Positions 1 to 9,853 are shown, counted from the stretch's first letter. The stretch is DNA of 64,000 bases from Vulcanimicrobiota bacterium (GCA_963695225.1 OY968762.1:800001-864000); one strand, 5' to 3'. Notes: a model not told the origin generated them from the sequence alone. Made by a program: numbers and translations.

Positions 1-1
1 C

Positions 2-964
2 GATCGCGATGGGATCGCACGAGGCCTGGCGGCGCTGCTGGCCCACGTTTCCGGGAAGGAACACCCGACGACGGCGCTCGTCGTTTCCGAAGAAGCGAAG
101 GACTATTTCGCGGAATTGCAGTGGCTCGCCGATTCGATGACGGCCTCCGGCCTCGGCGAGACGCACGCGTGCACGCCGGACCAGATCGTCTTCACGGAGG
201 AGGCGCTGTTCGTGCGCATGCCGGACGGGCGCGAAGAGAAGCTCGACGTGCTCTACCGCAATTTCGAGTTGTTCGATCTCTTCAACGTCCCAAAACAGGA
301 TCTGATGCTGTACGCCGCGCGGCACAACCGCGTCGCGATGACGCCCGCGCCGAAAGCGCACCTCGAAGAGAAGCTCGCGTTCGCGCTGCTGCACCATCCC
401 GCGCTCGCAACCACTTGGAAGCGCGAGCTCGGCGCCGGCTTCGAACATCTGCGCACGGTATTCCCGCAGACGTGGATCCTCGATCCGCGCCCGATCCCGC
501 CGCAGGCGACGATCCCGGGCCTGCTCGCCGCGGGGGAGCCGTTGCAGGATTGGCTGCAACTCGAAAAGCTCGGCAAGAGCGAACGCGATTTCGTCGTGAA
601 GCCGTCGGGCTTTTCGGAGCTCGCTTGGGGCTCGCGCGGAGTGAAGGTCGCGAACGATCTCACGCGCGAGGAATGGCACGCCGCGCTGCGCGACGCTCTC
701 GCCGCATTCGAGCGGACGCCGCACGTGCTGCAACGCTTCCACAAGGGCAAACGCGTGCGCGTCCCCTACTTCGATCGCGCCAAAGACGAGATCGCCATGC
801 TGGACGGGCGCGTGCGCCTCTCACCGTACTATTTCGTGACGGACGCGGAGACGGTGCAACTCGGCGGGATTCTGGCAACGGTCGCCCCCGCCGACAAGCG
901 CCTGATCCACGGCATGGCCGACGCGATCATGGCGCCGTGCGCCGTCCGCGACGACGGCTACTGA
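2..964 (+). CDS. ATP-grasp-type ligase (glutathionylspermidine synthase-like / circularly permuted ATP-grasp), 5' end outside window
   Basis: Frame open from base 2; LDVLYRNFELFDL, VVKPSGFSELAWGSRGV, LQRF and RVRLSPYYF resemble ATP-grasp elements. Confidence 0.6.
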   Translation, partial: DRDGIARGLAALLAHVSGKEHPTTALVVSEEAKDYFAELQWLADSMTASGLGETHACTPDQIVFTEEALFVRMPDGREEKLDVLYRNFELFDLFNVPKQDLMLYAARHNRVAMTPAPKAHLEEKLAFALLHHPALATTWKRELGAGFEHLRTVFPQTWILDPRPIPPQATIPGLLAAGEPLQDWLQLEKLGKSERDFVVKPSGFSELAWGSRGVKVANDLTREEWHAALRDALAAFERTPHVLQRFHKGKRVRVPYFDRAKDEIAMLDGRVRLSPYYFVTDAETVQLGGILATVAPADKRLIHGMADAIMAPCAVRDDGY

Positions 965-2091
965 GCGCGTACCGCCGCGACGAACGCGTCGATCTCGTCG
1001 AGCGTGTTGTAACCGTGCGGCGAGACGCGCACGCCGCCCGGGCGGAACGTCGTCACGAACCCCGCATTCCCGAGGCTCCGCCCGAGCGCGACCGAATCCG
1101 AACCCGGCCGCACGAACGTCACGATCCCCGAGGAGATCCCCGGACCGCGCGGCGTCGCGATCTCGCAGCCGGCGCGCCGGAGCCCCTCGACCAAACGGTC
1201 CGTCAGCGCGAGCACGTGCGCCGCGATCGCGGGTAGGCCGGCCGCGGCGAGGAGCGCCGTCGAGCGTTCGAGCGAGAGGATCCCGATGAAGTTCTGCGTC
1301 CCGCCCTCGAAGCGCGCGGCGCCCTCGGCGAGCGGTTGCTCGTAGTTGAGGAAATCCCAGATGTTCGCGACGTCCTTCCAGCCGCGCCAGCGCACCGTCA
1401 GCCGCTCCAGCAGCGCCGGCGCGACGTAGAGCAGACCGACGCCCTGCAGCGCCATCAACCACTTCGCACCGCCCGCGTAGAGCGCGTCGATCCCGCAGGC
1501 GCGCACGTCGAGCGGGAACGCGCCGAGCCCTTGGATCGCGTCGACGCAGAACCAGGCGCCGGCTGCGTGCGCAACCTCGGCGAGCGCGGGGAGATCGTGC
1601 CGGTAGCCGTCCGCGAAGCTCACCCAGGAAACGGCGACGAGGCGCGTCCGCGGCGAGAGCGCGGCCCGCAGCGCGTCGGGCGTCAAGCGCTCCCGCGGCG
1701 CTTCGACGAAGCGGATCGCGACGCCGAGTTCGCGCAGCGCGAGCCACGGGAGCGCGTTCGAGCCGAACTCGTTCGCCGAGAGCACGATCTCGTCGCCCGG
1801 GGCCCAATCGAGGCCGCGGGCGACGACGTTCGCGCCGTCGCCCGTGTTGCGCAAGAACGCGATCTCCTCGCCGCGCGCGCCGACGAACGCGCCGATGCGT
1901 TTCCGGAATTCCGGAAGATGCGATTCGACGGAGAGCGTGCCGAGCACGCCGCGTCGCGCGTGATCGGCGACGAACGCGATCAGCGCGTCGCGCGTCGCGA
2001 TCGGGAGAACGCCGGCGGCAGCGTGATTGAGGTAGACGAGGCCCGGCTCCAGCGAGAATGCCGAGCGCGGGAGCGGCGTCTCCACGCTCAA
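958..2091 (-). CDS. Aminotransferase class V / cysteine desulfurase-like PLP enzyme
   Basis: YLNHAAAG, VDAIQGLG, GGAKWLM (PLP lysine), RVSPHGYNT; TTG start overlaps the phoU stop. Confidence 0.85.
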   Translation of the reverse strand: MSVETPLPRSAFSLEPGLVYLNHAAAGVLPIATRDALIAFVADHARRGVLGTLSVESHLPEFRKRIGAFVGARGEEIAFLRNTGDGANVVARGLDWAPGDEIVLSANEFGSNALPWLALRELGVAIRFVEAPRERLTPDALRAALSPRTRLVAVSWVSFADGYRHDLPALAEVAHAAGAWFCVDAIQGLGAFPLDVRACGIDALYAGGAKWLMALQGVGLLYVAPALLERLTVRWRGWKDVANIWDFLNYEQPLAEGAARFEGGTQNFIGILSLERSTALLAAAGLPAIAAHVLALTDRLVEGLRRAGCEIATPRGPGISSGIVTFVRPGSDSVALGRSLGNAGFVTTFRPGGVRVSPHGYNTLDEIDAFVAAVRAQ

Positions 2092-2723
2092 GTCGCCCCG
2101 AGCATCTCCTTCGTATGCCAAGCGATGTTTTGAGCGCGGTCGCCGACCCGCTCGAGCGCCGCTAGGACGAACAGCATGATCGTCCCGGCGCGAACGAGCC
2201 CGGCGTCCTCCTGCATCTCCTCCTGCAGCGCCTCGATCCCGCGGCCGTACAGCTTGTCGACCTCGTCGTCCTGACCGATCACGTGCGTCGCGATCTCGGC
2301 ATCGCGCTCGGTGTACGCCCGCATCGCCTCCGAAAGCATCGCGACGGCGATCGACGCGATCCGCCCGATCTCGACGGAGGCGGGGCGCAACGGGACGTCG
2401 GCGAGCTTGATCGCGTTCTTGGCGATGTCGACGGCGTAATCGCCCGTCCGCTCGAGGTCGACGACGATCTGGAGCATCGCCGCAAGCTGCCGTAGTTCCC
2501 CGGCGACCGGCTGCTGCCGCCAGATCAACTCGATGCAGCCGGCCTCGATCTTCCGGCGCAGGTCGTCGATACCGTCATCCCCGGCGATCACGCGGCCGGC
2601 GAGCGCCGTGTCGCGCCCGTCCAGCGCCGCGACGGCGAAGTGGATCGCGTCCGCCGCGAGCGCGCCCATCCGCACGACATCCAGCCGCGAAGATTCCAGC
2701 GCCTCATGGTACGCAGTGCGCAT
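2088..2723 (-). CDS. phoU: Phosphate signalling protein PhoU
   Basis: QQPVAGELR, DLERTGDYAVDIA and LERVGDRAQNIA repeats. Confidence 0.92.
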   Translation of the reverse strand: MRTAYHEALESSRLDVVRMGALAADAIHFAVAALDGRDTALAGRVIAGDDGIDDLRRKIEAGCIELIWRQQPVAGELRQLAAMLQIVVDLERTGDYAVDIAKNAIKLADVPLRPASVEIGRIASIAVAMLSEAMRAYTERDAEIATHVIGQDDEVDKLYGRGIEALQEEMQEDAGLVRAGTIMLFVLAALERVGDRAQNIAWHTKEMLGAT

Positions 2724-2854
2724 ATCTGTAAGTTCCCCTTTGCCGCCGCCTCAATGGCGCGTCGGTCCCGACGGCGCTCGTTGCGTGAAGTATACCATAT
2801 GCCAGGGTCTGTTGTGCTTGCCTCGAAAGGCCGCTGCCGTTGAAGGAGGACCCG

Positions 2855-3655
2855 ATGAGCCAAACAGCTGCGCAGTACGAGACGATCCTGGTCGACCGCG
2901 ACGGCCCCGTCGCGATCGTCACCTTGAATCGCCCATCCGTGCTTAATGCCCTTAACTCGTTAATGCTGCACGAGCTGCGCGCCGCATTCGCCGCGCTCGA
3001 CGCGGACGACGACGTGCGAGCGATCGTGTTGACCGGCGCGGGACCGAAAGCATTCGCCGCGGGCGCCGACATAAGCGAACTCAACGCGCTGCCGAACGCC
3101 GTCTCCGGCGCGCAGCAAGCGCGCGTGGGGCAAGGCGTGACGCTCGCGCTCGAGCGCATGCGCAAGCCCGTGATCGCGGCGATCAACGGCTTCGCGCTAG
3201 GCGGCGGTTGCGAGCTTGCGATGGGCTGCGACATCCGCATCGCGAGCGCGAACGCGAAGTTCGGCCAACCCGAAGTGAATCTCGGCTTGATCCCGGGCTA
3301 CGGCGGAACGCAACGCACCGCGCGCCTGCTCGGGCGCGGCATGGCGATGTATCTCTGCCTCTCCGGCGAGCTGATCGACGCGGCCGAGGCGCTGCGCGTC
3401 GGGCTCGTCGAGAAAGTCGTCCCGCTCGAAGGATTGCTCGACGAAGCGAAGCGCATCGCGAGCGTCATCGCGGGCAAGGCTCCGCTCGCGATCGCCGCGG
3501 CGAAGCGCGCGATCGACGAGGGCATCGGTCTCTCTACCACGGAAGGGCTCGCGCTCGAAGCGCTCGCATTCGGAACCCTCGTCGATACCGAAGACTTCGT
3601 CGAAGGCACGAAGGCGTTCATGGAGAAGCGCAAGGCGAACTTCACCGGCAAATAG
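2855..3655 (+). CDS. Enoyl-CoA hydratase (crotonase family)
   Basis: FAAGADI, GFALGGGCELAMGCDIR, FGQPEVNLGLIPGYGGTQR; GGAGG RBS. Confidence 0.92.
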   Translation: MSQTAAQYETILVDRDGPVAIVTLNRPSVLNALNSLMLHELRAAFAALDADDDVRAIVLTGAGPKAFAAGADISELNALPNAVSGAQQARVGQGVTLALERMRKPVIAAINGFALGGGCELAMGCDIRIASANAKFGQPEVNLGLIPGYGGTQRTARLLGRGMAMYLCLSGELIDAAEALRVGLVEKVVPLEGLLDEAKRIASVIAGKAPLAIAAAKRAIDEGIGLSTTEGLALEALAFGTLVDTEDFVEGTKAFMEKRKANFTGK

Positions 3656-3675
3656 GCAAGCGCGCTCGGGCGCGA

Positions 3676-5727
3676 TCAACGCAACGCGTACTCCCACGCG
3701 TTCCAGTAATCGCGCCCGAGCACGTTCGGCCGGAAGTTCGCGAAGCGTTTCGAAACCGCGTACGCGCTGCGTTCGAAGCCGAGCGGCACGATCGGCAAAT
3801 CGCGCGCGAGGATCTCGTGCGCGCGCCGGTAGAACACGGTGCGCGCCGCGGGATCGTACGTGCGCATCCCGCGCTCCTCGAGTTCGTCGAAGGCCGGATT
3901 GCAATAAGCGCCCGCGTTGCCGCCGCCCGGAGGGAGCGCCGCGCAGCCGAACAGATAGGAACGATCCGCATCGAGCCCCGGCGACCAGCTCGTCAGCGCG
4001 AGATCGAAGTTGCCGCTTTCTAGGATGCCGCCGGCCGATTGCGCGCCCCAGAAGAGTGCCGGCGGATACGAGCGGATCGTCGCCGTTACGCCCGCCTGCT
4101 GCAGCTCGTCCGCGATCTGCACGGCGGCGGCGGCGCTGCTGCGCCACGCGCCCGCGATCGCGAATTGCAGCGCGAGCTTGCGCGGCGCGAGCACGCGCCG
4201 TGCCGCCTCCGGCGCATATTCAGGGATGCGCTCGGCGCCCCCGAGCGCAGGATCGAGCTGCCCCGTATCGGTCGGAACTTCGAGGCCGCGGTAGACGGCG
4301 CTGGCGAGCTTCGCGCGATCGACGGCGGCTGCGATCGCGCGGCGCACGGCGGGATCGCGCAGCTTCTCGCGGCGCAGATTGAATTGCAGGTAGTCGACGA
4401 TGTTCGTCGTCGCGCCGCTGACGGCGAGCCCGGCGCGTGCCGCGGCATCGAGCTGCAACCCCGAGACATACGTCAGGTCGAGCGCACCGGTCTCGACCTG
4501 GAGCAAGCGGGTCGTCGCATTCGGTTGCACGCTGACGCGCAACCGCTCGAGCGCGGGCGGCGCGCGCCAATACTCCGGGTTTCGTTCGAATTCGAGGGAT
4601 TCGCCGCGCCGCCACGCGACGAGGCGGAAGGGCCCGAGACCGACCGGGCGTGCGTCGAGCGTGCTCGCGTTCAGATTCGCGTACCGCGCCGCAACGTGCC
4701 GCGGCAAGATCGCGAACGGATCGCTCGCGCCCAGCGTGAGGAAGGACGCGACGAACGGCGCGTCCGGCGCCTTCAGCCGAACGACGAGCCTATCGGGCCG
4801 CGGCGCGTCGACGCGCTCGATCCGCTCGACGGTCGAGCGGTCGGGGACGTTCGTCGCCGGATTGCGCAGCGCGTCGACCGTGAACGCGACGTCGCGCGCG
4901 TCGAACGGCGCGCCGTCGGACCAGCGCCCCGTGCGGATGCGGTAGACGATCGTCCGGCCGTCGGCGGAGATTCCGCCGTTCGCGCGCGTCGGGATTTCGA
5001 GCGCGCGATCCGGGACGAGCCGCCCGCGGTCGTCGACGAGGAACAGGTACCCTTGCGTCAGCGGCGCGAGTTGCCAGCCGTAGGCCGTGTTCAAGATCGT
5101 ATCGAGGCTCGATGGATCCTCTTCCACGAACAGCGTCAATTCGCGCGGCGGCGTCGCGGCCGCGGCGGGCGGGATCGCGAAGGGCAGCGCCGAGTGCTTG
5201 CGCGCGAGCGTCTCGCTCGCGTGCCCCATCGCCGCTTCGACCGCGGGGTTCAGCCCCGGCCAGCGCCCGCGGACGAACCCGTCCGGATCGATGACGACGA
5301 GCGTCGGGAAGCCCACGATGCCGTAGAGCGACATGATCCGCTGGTCCGTATCGAGGACGACGTGCACGAGCCCGTGCTCCCGGGCATACTTCGCCGCGAC
5401 CTCCGGCGGCTCGCCGACGTTGACGGCGAGCACCTGGACGTCCGGATGCGTGCGCGCGAAGTGCTCGACGAGCGGGAGGGAGAGCTTGCACGGAACGCAC
5501 CAGGAGGCCCAGAAGTCGAGGAACACGACCCTTTCCGGCCGCTCCGGCAGGCGGTAGCGCGGGCCGTCGAGCGTCGCGGCGGCGAAGAGCGGCGCCCGCT
5601 CGGCGCCGGACGGCGCAAGGGACCGGGGCGCGACGAAGAGCTGATAGATGACGGCCAGGACTACGGCGGCGGCCGCCACGTCGAGCAGCCGGGAAAAGAG
5701 CCACTGCGGGGTGAGCGAAGGCCTCAC
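3676..5727 (-). CDS. Fusion of a membrane-anchored TlpA/ResA-type thioredoxin with a peptide ABC substrate-binding protein (family 5)
   Basis: TM helix, then FWASWCVPC and GIVGFPTLVVID, then continuous-frame SBP5 motifs (WSDGAPFDARDVAFT, PVGLGPFRL, VRRAIAAAVDR); start uncertain. Confidence 0.8.
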   Translation of the reverse strand: MRPSLTPQWLFSRLLDVAAAAVVLAVIYQLFVAPRSLAPSGAERAPLFAAATLDGPRYRLPERPERVVFLDFWASWCVPCKLSLPLVEHFARTHPDVQVLAVNVGEPPEVAAKYAREHGLVHVVLDTDQRIMSLYGIVGFPTLVVIDPDGFVRGRWPGLNPAVEAAMGHASETLARKHSALPFAIPPAAAATPPRELTLFVEEDPSSLDTILNTAYGWQLAPLTQGYLFLVDDRGRLVPDRALEIPTRANGGISADGRTIVYRIRTGRWSDGAPFDARDVAFTVDALRNPATNVPDRSTVERIERVDAPRPDRLVVRLKAPDAPFVASFLTLGASDPFAILPRHVAARYANLNASTLDARPVGLGPFRLVAWRRGESLEFERNPEYWRAPPALERLRVSVQPNATTRLLQVETGALDLTYVSGLQLDAAARAGLAVSGATTNIVDYLQFNLRREKLRDPAVRRAIAAAVDRAKLASAVYRGLEVPTDTGQLDPALGGAERIPEYAPEAARRVLAPRKLALQFAIAGAWRSSAAAAVQIADELQQAGVTATIRSYPPALFWGAQSAGGILESGNFDLALTSWSPGLDADRSYLFGCAALPPGGGNAGAYCNPAFDELEERGMRTYDPAARTVFYRRAHEILARDLPIVPLGFERSAYAVSKRFANFRPNVLGRDYWNAWEYALR

Positions 5728-5801
5728 GCGACGCCGTTCGCGGGCGAATACCTTCGGCCATGCGGGAGGCCCTTGAACGCCGCCATCCAATTGGGGGCCC
5801 G

Positions 5802-6749
5802 ATGGCGACACCCCGCCCCGCGACCGTAACTCTAGAGAGCCGGTCGCTTCCGAATACCAATCGCAGCGCGCTCATCCTCGAGCATTTCGACCGGCTCCCT
5901 ATCGGGGGCACGCTCGAGCTGGATGATGAGGAAGATCCGCGCGCGCTACGCAACGAGTTCCAAGAGCAGCGCTCCGGCCGCTTCGCGTGGGATGCGCGAA
6001 ATCTCGGTTCCGGCCGCTGGACCGTTCACATCGAACGCATCGACGAGCAATCGGACATCGCCACGTTCCTCGGGCACTGTTCGCCGTTTGCGAACGCGCG
6101 CGCGGCGACGATCCGCGACGTCGCCCAAAACGCGACCGAGCGGCAGTACGAGACGGGCGACACGATCTTCGACGAAGGCGAGATCTGGCCGTACCTCGCG
6201 TTCGTGCGCAACGGCAAGGTCGTCTACACGTTGCTCTCGGCCGACGGCAAGACGCATTCGCTCGGCGAGCGGCTCTCGCAAGATCCGCTGAACGAAACGG
6301 GCACGTTCGACGGCGGCGGTGCGACGACGCGGGCCGAAGCGCTCACGAAGTGCTCGCTGATCCTCATTCCGAGCGAAACGGTCGTGCATGCGGCCCGTAA
6401 CGATGCGGACCTCGCGCTCGGCTTCTTGGCCCAAGCCTCGCAGGCGCGGCGCCGTTCGATCGACACGATCGCCGACCTCGCGTTCGCGCACGTGTTGCAG
6501 CGCGTCGCGAAATTCTTGCTCTCGTACGCGCCGGCGACGACCGGGATGGCGCGCGGGCTCTCCGGCATCGAGAACCTTTCGCAAGCGCAGATCGCCGCCG
6601 CCGCGGGAACCGTCCGCGACATGGCGGCACGCGCGCTCCTGCGCTTGAAGAACGCCGAGGCCGTCGAACTCGATCGCGGCCGCGTCCGCTCGCTCGATCG
6701 CGAACGGCTCCAAGCGTTCGCGCACAACATCCAAGCGCCGCCCGTCTAG
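5802..6749 (+). CDS. Crp/Fnr-family regulator with an N-terminal DUF2249-like domain
   Basis: ILEHFDRLPIGGTLEL..DPRALR..F.W N-terminus; cNMP-binding domain; C-terminal HTH (LSQAQIAAAAGTVRDMAARAL). Confidence 0.8.
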   Translation: MATPRPATVTLESRSLPNTNRSALILEHFDRLPIGGTLELDDEEDPRALRNEFQEQRSGRFAWDARNLGSGRWTVHIERIDEQSDIATFLGHCSPFANARAATIRDVAQNATERQYETGDTIFDEGEIWPYLAFVRNGKVVYTLLSADGKTHSLGERLSQDPLNETGTFDGGGATTRAEALTKCSLILIPSETVVHAARNDADLALGFLAQASQARRRSIDTIADLAFAHVLQRVAKFLLSYAPATTGMARGLSGIENLSQAQIAAAAGTVRDMAARALLRLKNAEAVELDRGRVRSLDRERLQAFAHNIQAPPV

Positions 6750-6759
6750 CGCCGTCACG

Positions 6760-7998
6760 ATGCGAGGCATCAACGCCGGAGACACCGCCTGGGTGCTCGT
6801 TTCCGCTGCCCTCGTCATGCTGATGACGCCGGCGTTGGGCTTCTTCTACGGCGGCCTCGTCCGCCAGAAGAACGTCCTCTCGACCGTGATGCACAGCTTC
6901 TTCATCCTGTGCCTGGTCAGCGTGCAGTGGGCCATGTGGGGGTACACGCTAGCCTTCGGCCCCGACGTCAACGGCTTGGGGCTCATCGGCAGCCTCGCCT
7001 GGGCGGGGCTCAACGGCGTCGGCGGAGCGCCGAATCCGGATTACGCCCCGACGATCCCGCACGAAGCGTTCATGGTGTTCCAGATGATGTTCGCCGTGAT
7101 CACGCCGGCGCTCATCACCGGTGCGTTCGCCGAGCGCAAGCGTTTCAAGGCGTTCGTGGCGTTCAGCCTGCTGTGGAGCACCGTGGTCTACGACGTGATC
7201 GCGCATTGGGTCTGGGGCCACGGCGGTTGGCTCGCGAAGCTCGGCGTGATCGATTTCGCCGGCGGGACGGTCGTCGAGATCGCCTCGGGCTCCTCCGCGC
7301 TCGTGGCGGCCTACGTGCTCGGGCGCCGGATGTTCCACGAACCGGGCCAGGAGGCCGAGGCGCACGACGTCCCGATGGTCATCCTGGGCGCTTCGCTCTT
7401 GTGGTTCGGCTGGTTCGGATTCAACGCCGGGAGCGCGCTGGCCGCGAACGACATCGCCGCGCACGCGTTCGTGACGACGAACCTCGCGGGAGCAATGGGC
7501 GCCCTGACGTGGATCACGATCCATTGGTGGCATCGCGGCCGGCCGAGCGTTGTCGGCGCCGTCGGCGGATCGATCACGGGCCTCGTCGGCATCACGCCGG
7601 CGGCCGGCTACGTCTCGTCGGCGGCGGCGATCCTCGTCGGATTCATCGCGGCGGCGCTCTGCTACGCGGCCGTCCAGCTCCGCGATTGGATGAAGCACGA
7701 CGACGCGCTCGACGTTTGGGCCTATCACGGCGTCGCCGGCTTCGTCGGCATCCTGCTCACGGGCGTGTTCGCGAGCAAGCTCGTCAACCCAGCCGGCGCC
7801 GACGGGCTCCTCGCGGGCAACGCCCATCAGCTCTTGGTCGAAGCGCTGGCGGCAATCGTCGTCGTCGCCTACGCCTCGCTGATGACCTACGTCTGCCTTA
7901 AGGTGGTGAACCTCTTCATCCCCTTGCGGGTGACGGAGGCCGAAGAAGCGATGGGCCTCGACATCTCGCAGCACGCGGAGGCCGCCTATCGGGGCTAG
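6760..7998 (+). CDS. amtB: Ammonium transporter (Amt family)
   Basis: GDTAWVLVSAALVMLMTP, FQMMFAVITPALITGA, DFAGGTVV, LLWFGWFGFNAGS, DDALDVWAYHG. Confidence 0.95.
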   Translation: MRGINAGDTAWVLVSAALVMLMTPALGFFYGGLVRQKNVLSTVMHSFFILCLVSVQWAMWGYTLAFGPDVNGLGLIGSLAWAGLNGVGGAPNPDYAPTIPHEAFMVFQMMFAVITPALITGAFAERKRFKAFVAFSLLWSTVVYDVIAHWVWGHGGWLAKLGVIDFAGGTVVEIASGSSALVAAYVLGRRMFHEPGQEAEAHDVPMVILGASLLWFGWFGFNAGSALAANDIAAHAFVTTNLAGAMGALTWITIHWWHRGRPSVVGAVGGSITGLVGITPAAGYVSSAAAILVGFIAAALCYAAVQLRDWMKHDDALDVWAYHGVAGFVGILLTGVFASKLVNPAGADGLLAGNAHQLLVEALAAIVVVAYASLMTYVCLKVVNLFIPLRVTEAEEAMGLDISQHAEAAYRG

Positions 7999-8091
7999 CG
8001 GGCCCTCGTTATCACAAATGCACAGCGGCCGGTCCGGGCCGTGTCCCAATCGTTGGATGACCGGACCGCTTGGGGCGGATACATTCTCTCC

Positions 8092-8166
8092 ATGATGTTT
8101 CTAGCTGCACTCGGCTCATTCGTCATCCTGCTCGCCGCCTGGGCATTCGCGCCCTCGCACGCGTAG
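8092..8166 (+). CDS. Putative 24-aa hydrophobic small protein (MMFLAALGSFVILLAAWAFAPSHA)
   Basis: Single TM-like ORF in an intergenic gap; TACATT -10-like hexamer 6 nt upstream of the ATG. Confidence 0.4.
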   Translation: MMFLAALGSFVILLAAWAFAPSHA

Positions 8167-8285
8167 CCTGACCGAACGGAGCCCGCTCGACCCACCCTCC
8201 GAGCCACGCCGAAGCCGGCGCGTCCTACGCGCCGCCGGCGGGCTGACCGCTCCTCGAACCGCCGCTCGCGCGTTCGGAGCGCGAG

Positions 8286-9257
8286 TTACGAACGGAGCGC
8301 AGCAAGCGCATCGCGGAACGTGTCGACCGGCACGATCCTGATCCCGCGCTCGCCCGAGATGTCGCGGTAGTTCTCGCGCGGCACGAAGAAGACGCTCGCT
8401 CCGGCGCGCCGCGCCGCGATCAGCTTCTGTGCCGTTCCTTCGATAGGCCCGACGCGGCCGTCGAAGGCGAGCGTCCCCGTCCCCGCGATCGACGTGCGCC
8501 CCACGCGCTCGCCGGGGCGCAGCGCACCGTAGATCTCGAGCGCGAACATCAAGCCCCCGGAACTGCCGCTGATGTTCTTCAGATCGAACCGGACCGGGAT
8601 CGGGAGGTCGGGTTTGAGCGTGCGTGACGAGAGCGCGATCCCGAAACGGGTTCCGCTCTTCGTCGCGATCGTCGGGGCGCGAACGTTCAGGACGCCGCCG
8701 CGGCGGCGCACGACGGCGGCAACGAGGGAGCCCGGCGCGAGCCCGCGGATCGCTTTCGCGACCTCGGCCGACGCCGTCACCGCGCGCCCGTTCACGGAGA
8801 GCAAGACGTCCCCCACCGCAAACGCCCCGCGGGCCTTCGATTCCGGGAGGATCTCCTCGATGACGATCGCTTCCGGCGGGTCGGCGACGTGGAACCCGGC
8901 CGCGCGCTCCGCGACGACCGCGGCGACGTCCTGGCTCGAACTCATCGCGTCCTCGAGGACGCGGTCGTACTGCTGCAGCGAGACCCCGGCCGGCGCGATC
9001 GCGTCGCGCTGCACGAGCCGCACGCCGGGCAGAAAGCGGGCGGCGAGCATGGTCGCGGTCGCGGGCGCGATGATCACGTCGGTCAGATAGTACGGCTGCG
9101 ACGGCGGCGCGTGCCCTTCGACGACGACGCGCGCGCGCAGGTCGACGGCGGAGCCCGGCGCGACGATGTAATACGGCGTCGGGATGAACGAGAGCACGAC
9201 GAAGAGCCCGACGGCGGCGGCCGCCGCCAGGGCCCTTCGACGGACGACGTTCCGCAC
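8286..9257 (-). CDS. PDZ-domain Lon-like serine protease (YlbL/S16 family)
   Basis: N-terminal TM, PYYIVAPGSA, PDZ domain, SGSSGGLMFAL, IAGTGTL, GPIEGTAQK. Confidence 0.88.
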   Translation of the reverse strand: MRNVVRRRALAAAAAVGLFVVLSFIPTPYYIVAPGSAVDLRARVVVEGHAPPSQPYYLTDVIIAPATATMLAARFLPGVRLVQRDAIAPAGVSLQQYDRVLEDAMSSSQDVAAVVAERAAGFHVADPPEAIVIEEILPESKARGAFAVGDVLLSVNGRAVTASAEVAKAIRGLAPGSLVAAVVRRRGGVLNVRAPTIATKSGTRFGIALSSRTLKPDLPIPVRFDLKNISGSSGGLMFALEIYGALRPGERVGRTSIAGTGTLAFDGRVGPIEGTAQKLIAARRAGASVFFVPRENYRDISGERGIRIVPVDTFRDALAALRS

Positions 9258-9262
9258 GTTCG

Positions 9263-9853
9263 CTAGGACACGACCTCCGCGGGGACCGCGACCTTCTCGG
9301 CCTCCGCGTCGAACGCTTCGCGCTTGCTCCTCGCCGCCGCATCCGCGAGCGCGCTGCGCTGGGCGGGTCGCTGCGCGGCTGCCGGCTGCTGAGCGGCCGC
9401 CTGCGCGCGGGCCTGCTGCGCGGCCAGCGCCTCTTGCCCCTTCTTCACGGAGCCGAGCGCCGTCCCCAGGCGCGATTCCAATTCGGCGAGCATCTGCGCG
9501 GCGTAGGCGTCGGCGCCCTCGCGCACGCGACGGGCCTTCTCTTCTGCCTCCCGCAGCACGATCTCGGCCGTCGCCCGCGCTTGCTTCACGATCTCCGCCT
9601 GGTCGACGAGCTGCGTGTGCGCGACCGTCGCCTCGCTGACGATCTGCTGCGCCTTCTCCTGCGCGTCGCGGATCACGCGCTCTTTGTTGTTCGAGATCAC
9701 TTTCGCGCGCCCGACTTCTTCGGGGAGCGTCGAGCGCATCTTCTGGACGTAATCCGTCAGGCGTTCCTCGCTCAGGATGCGCATCCCGAACGGCAGCCAG
9801 GTTCCGTCTTGCACGTAAGCTTCGAGCTTATCGATGACGCGGTAGATCGACAT
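9263..9853 (-). CDS. Coiled-coil protein commonly found after coaD (ATPase subunit-like / DivIVA-like)
   Basis: IDKLE..LPEEVGRAK..GADAYA pattern; position downstream of coaD; GGAGG RBS. Confidence 0.65.
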   Translation of the reverse strand: MSIYRVIDKLEAYVQDGTWLPFGMRILSEERLTDYVQKMRSTLPEEVGRAKVISNNKERVIRDAQEKAQQIVSEATVAHTQLVDQAEIVKQARATAEIVLREAEEKARRVREGADAYAAQMLAELESRLGTALGSVKKGQEALAAQQARAQAAAQQPAAAQRPAQRSALADAAARSKREAFDAEAEKVAVPAEVVS

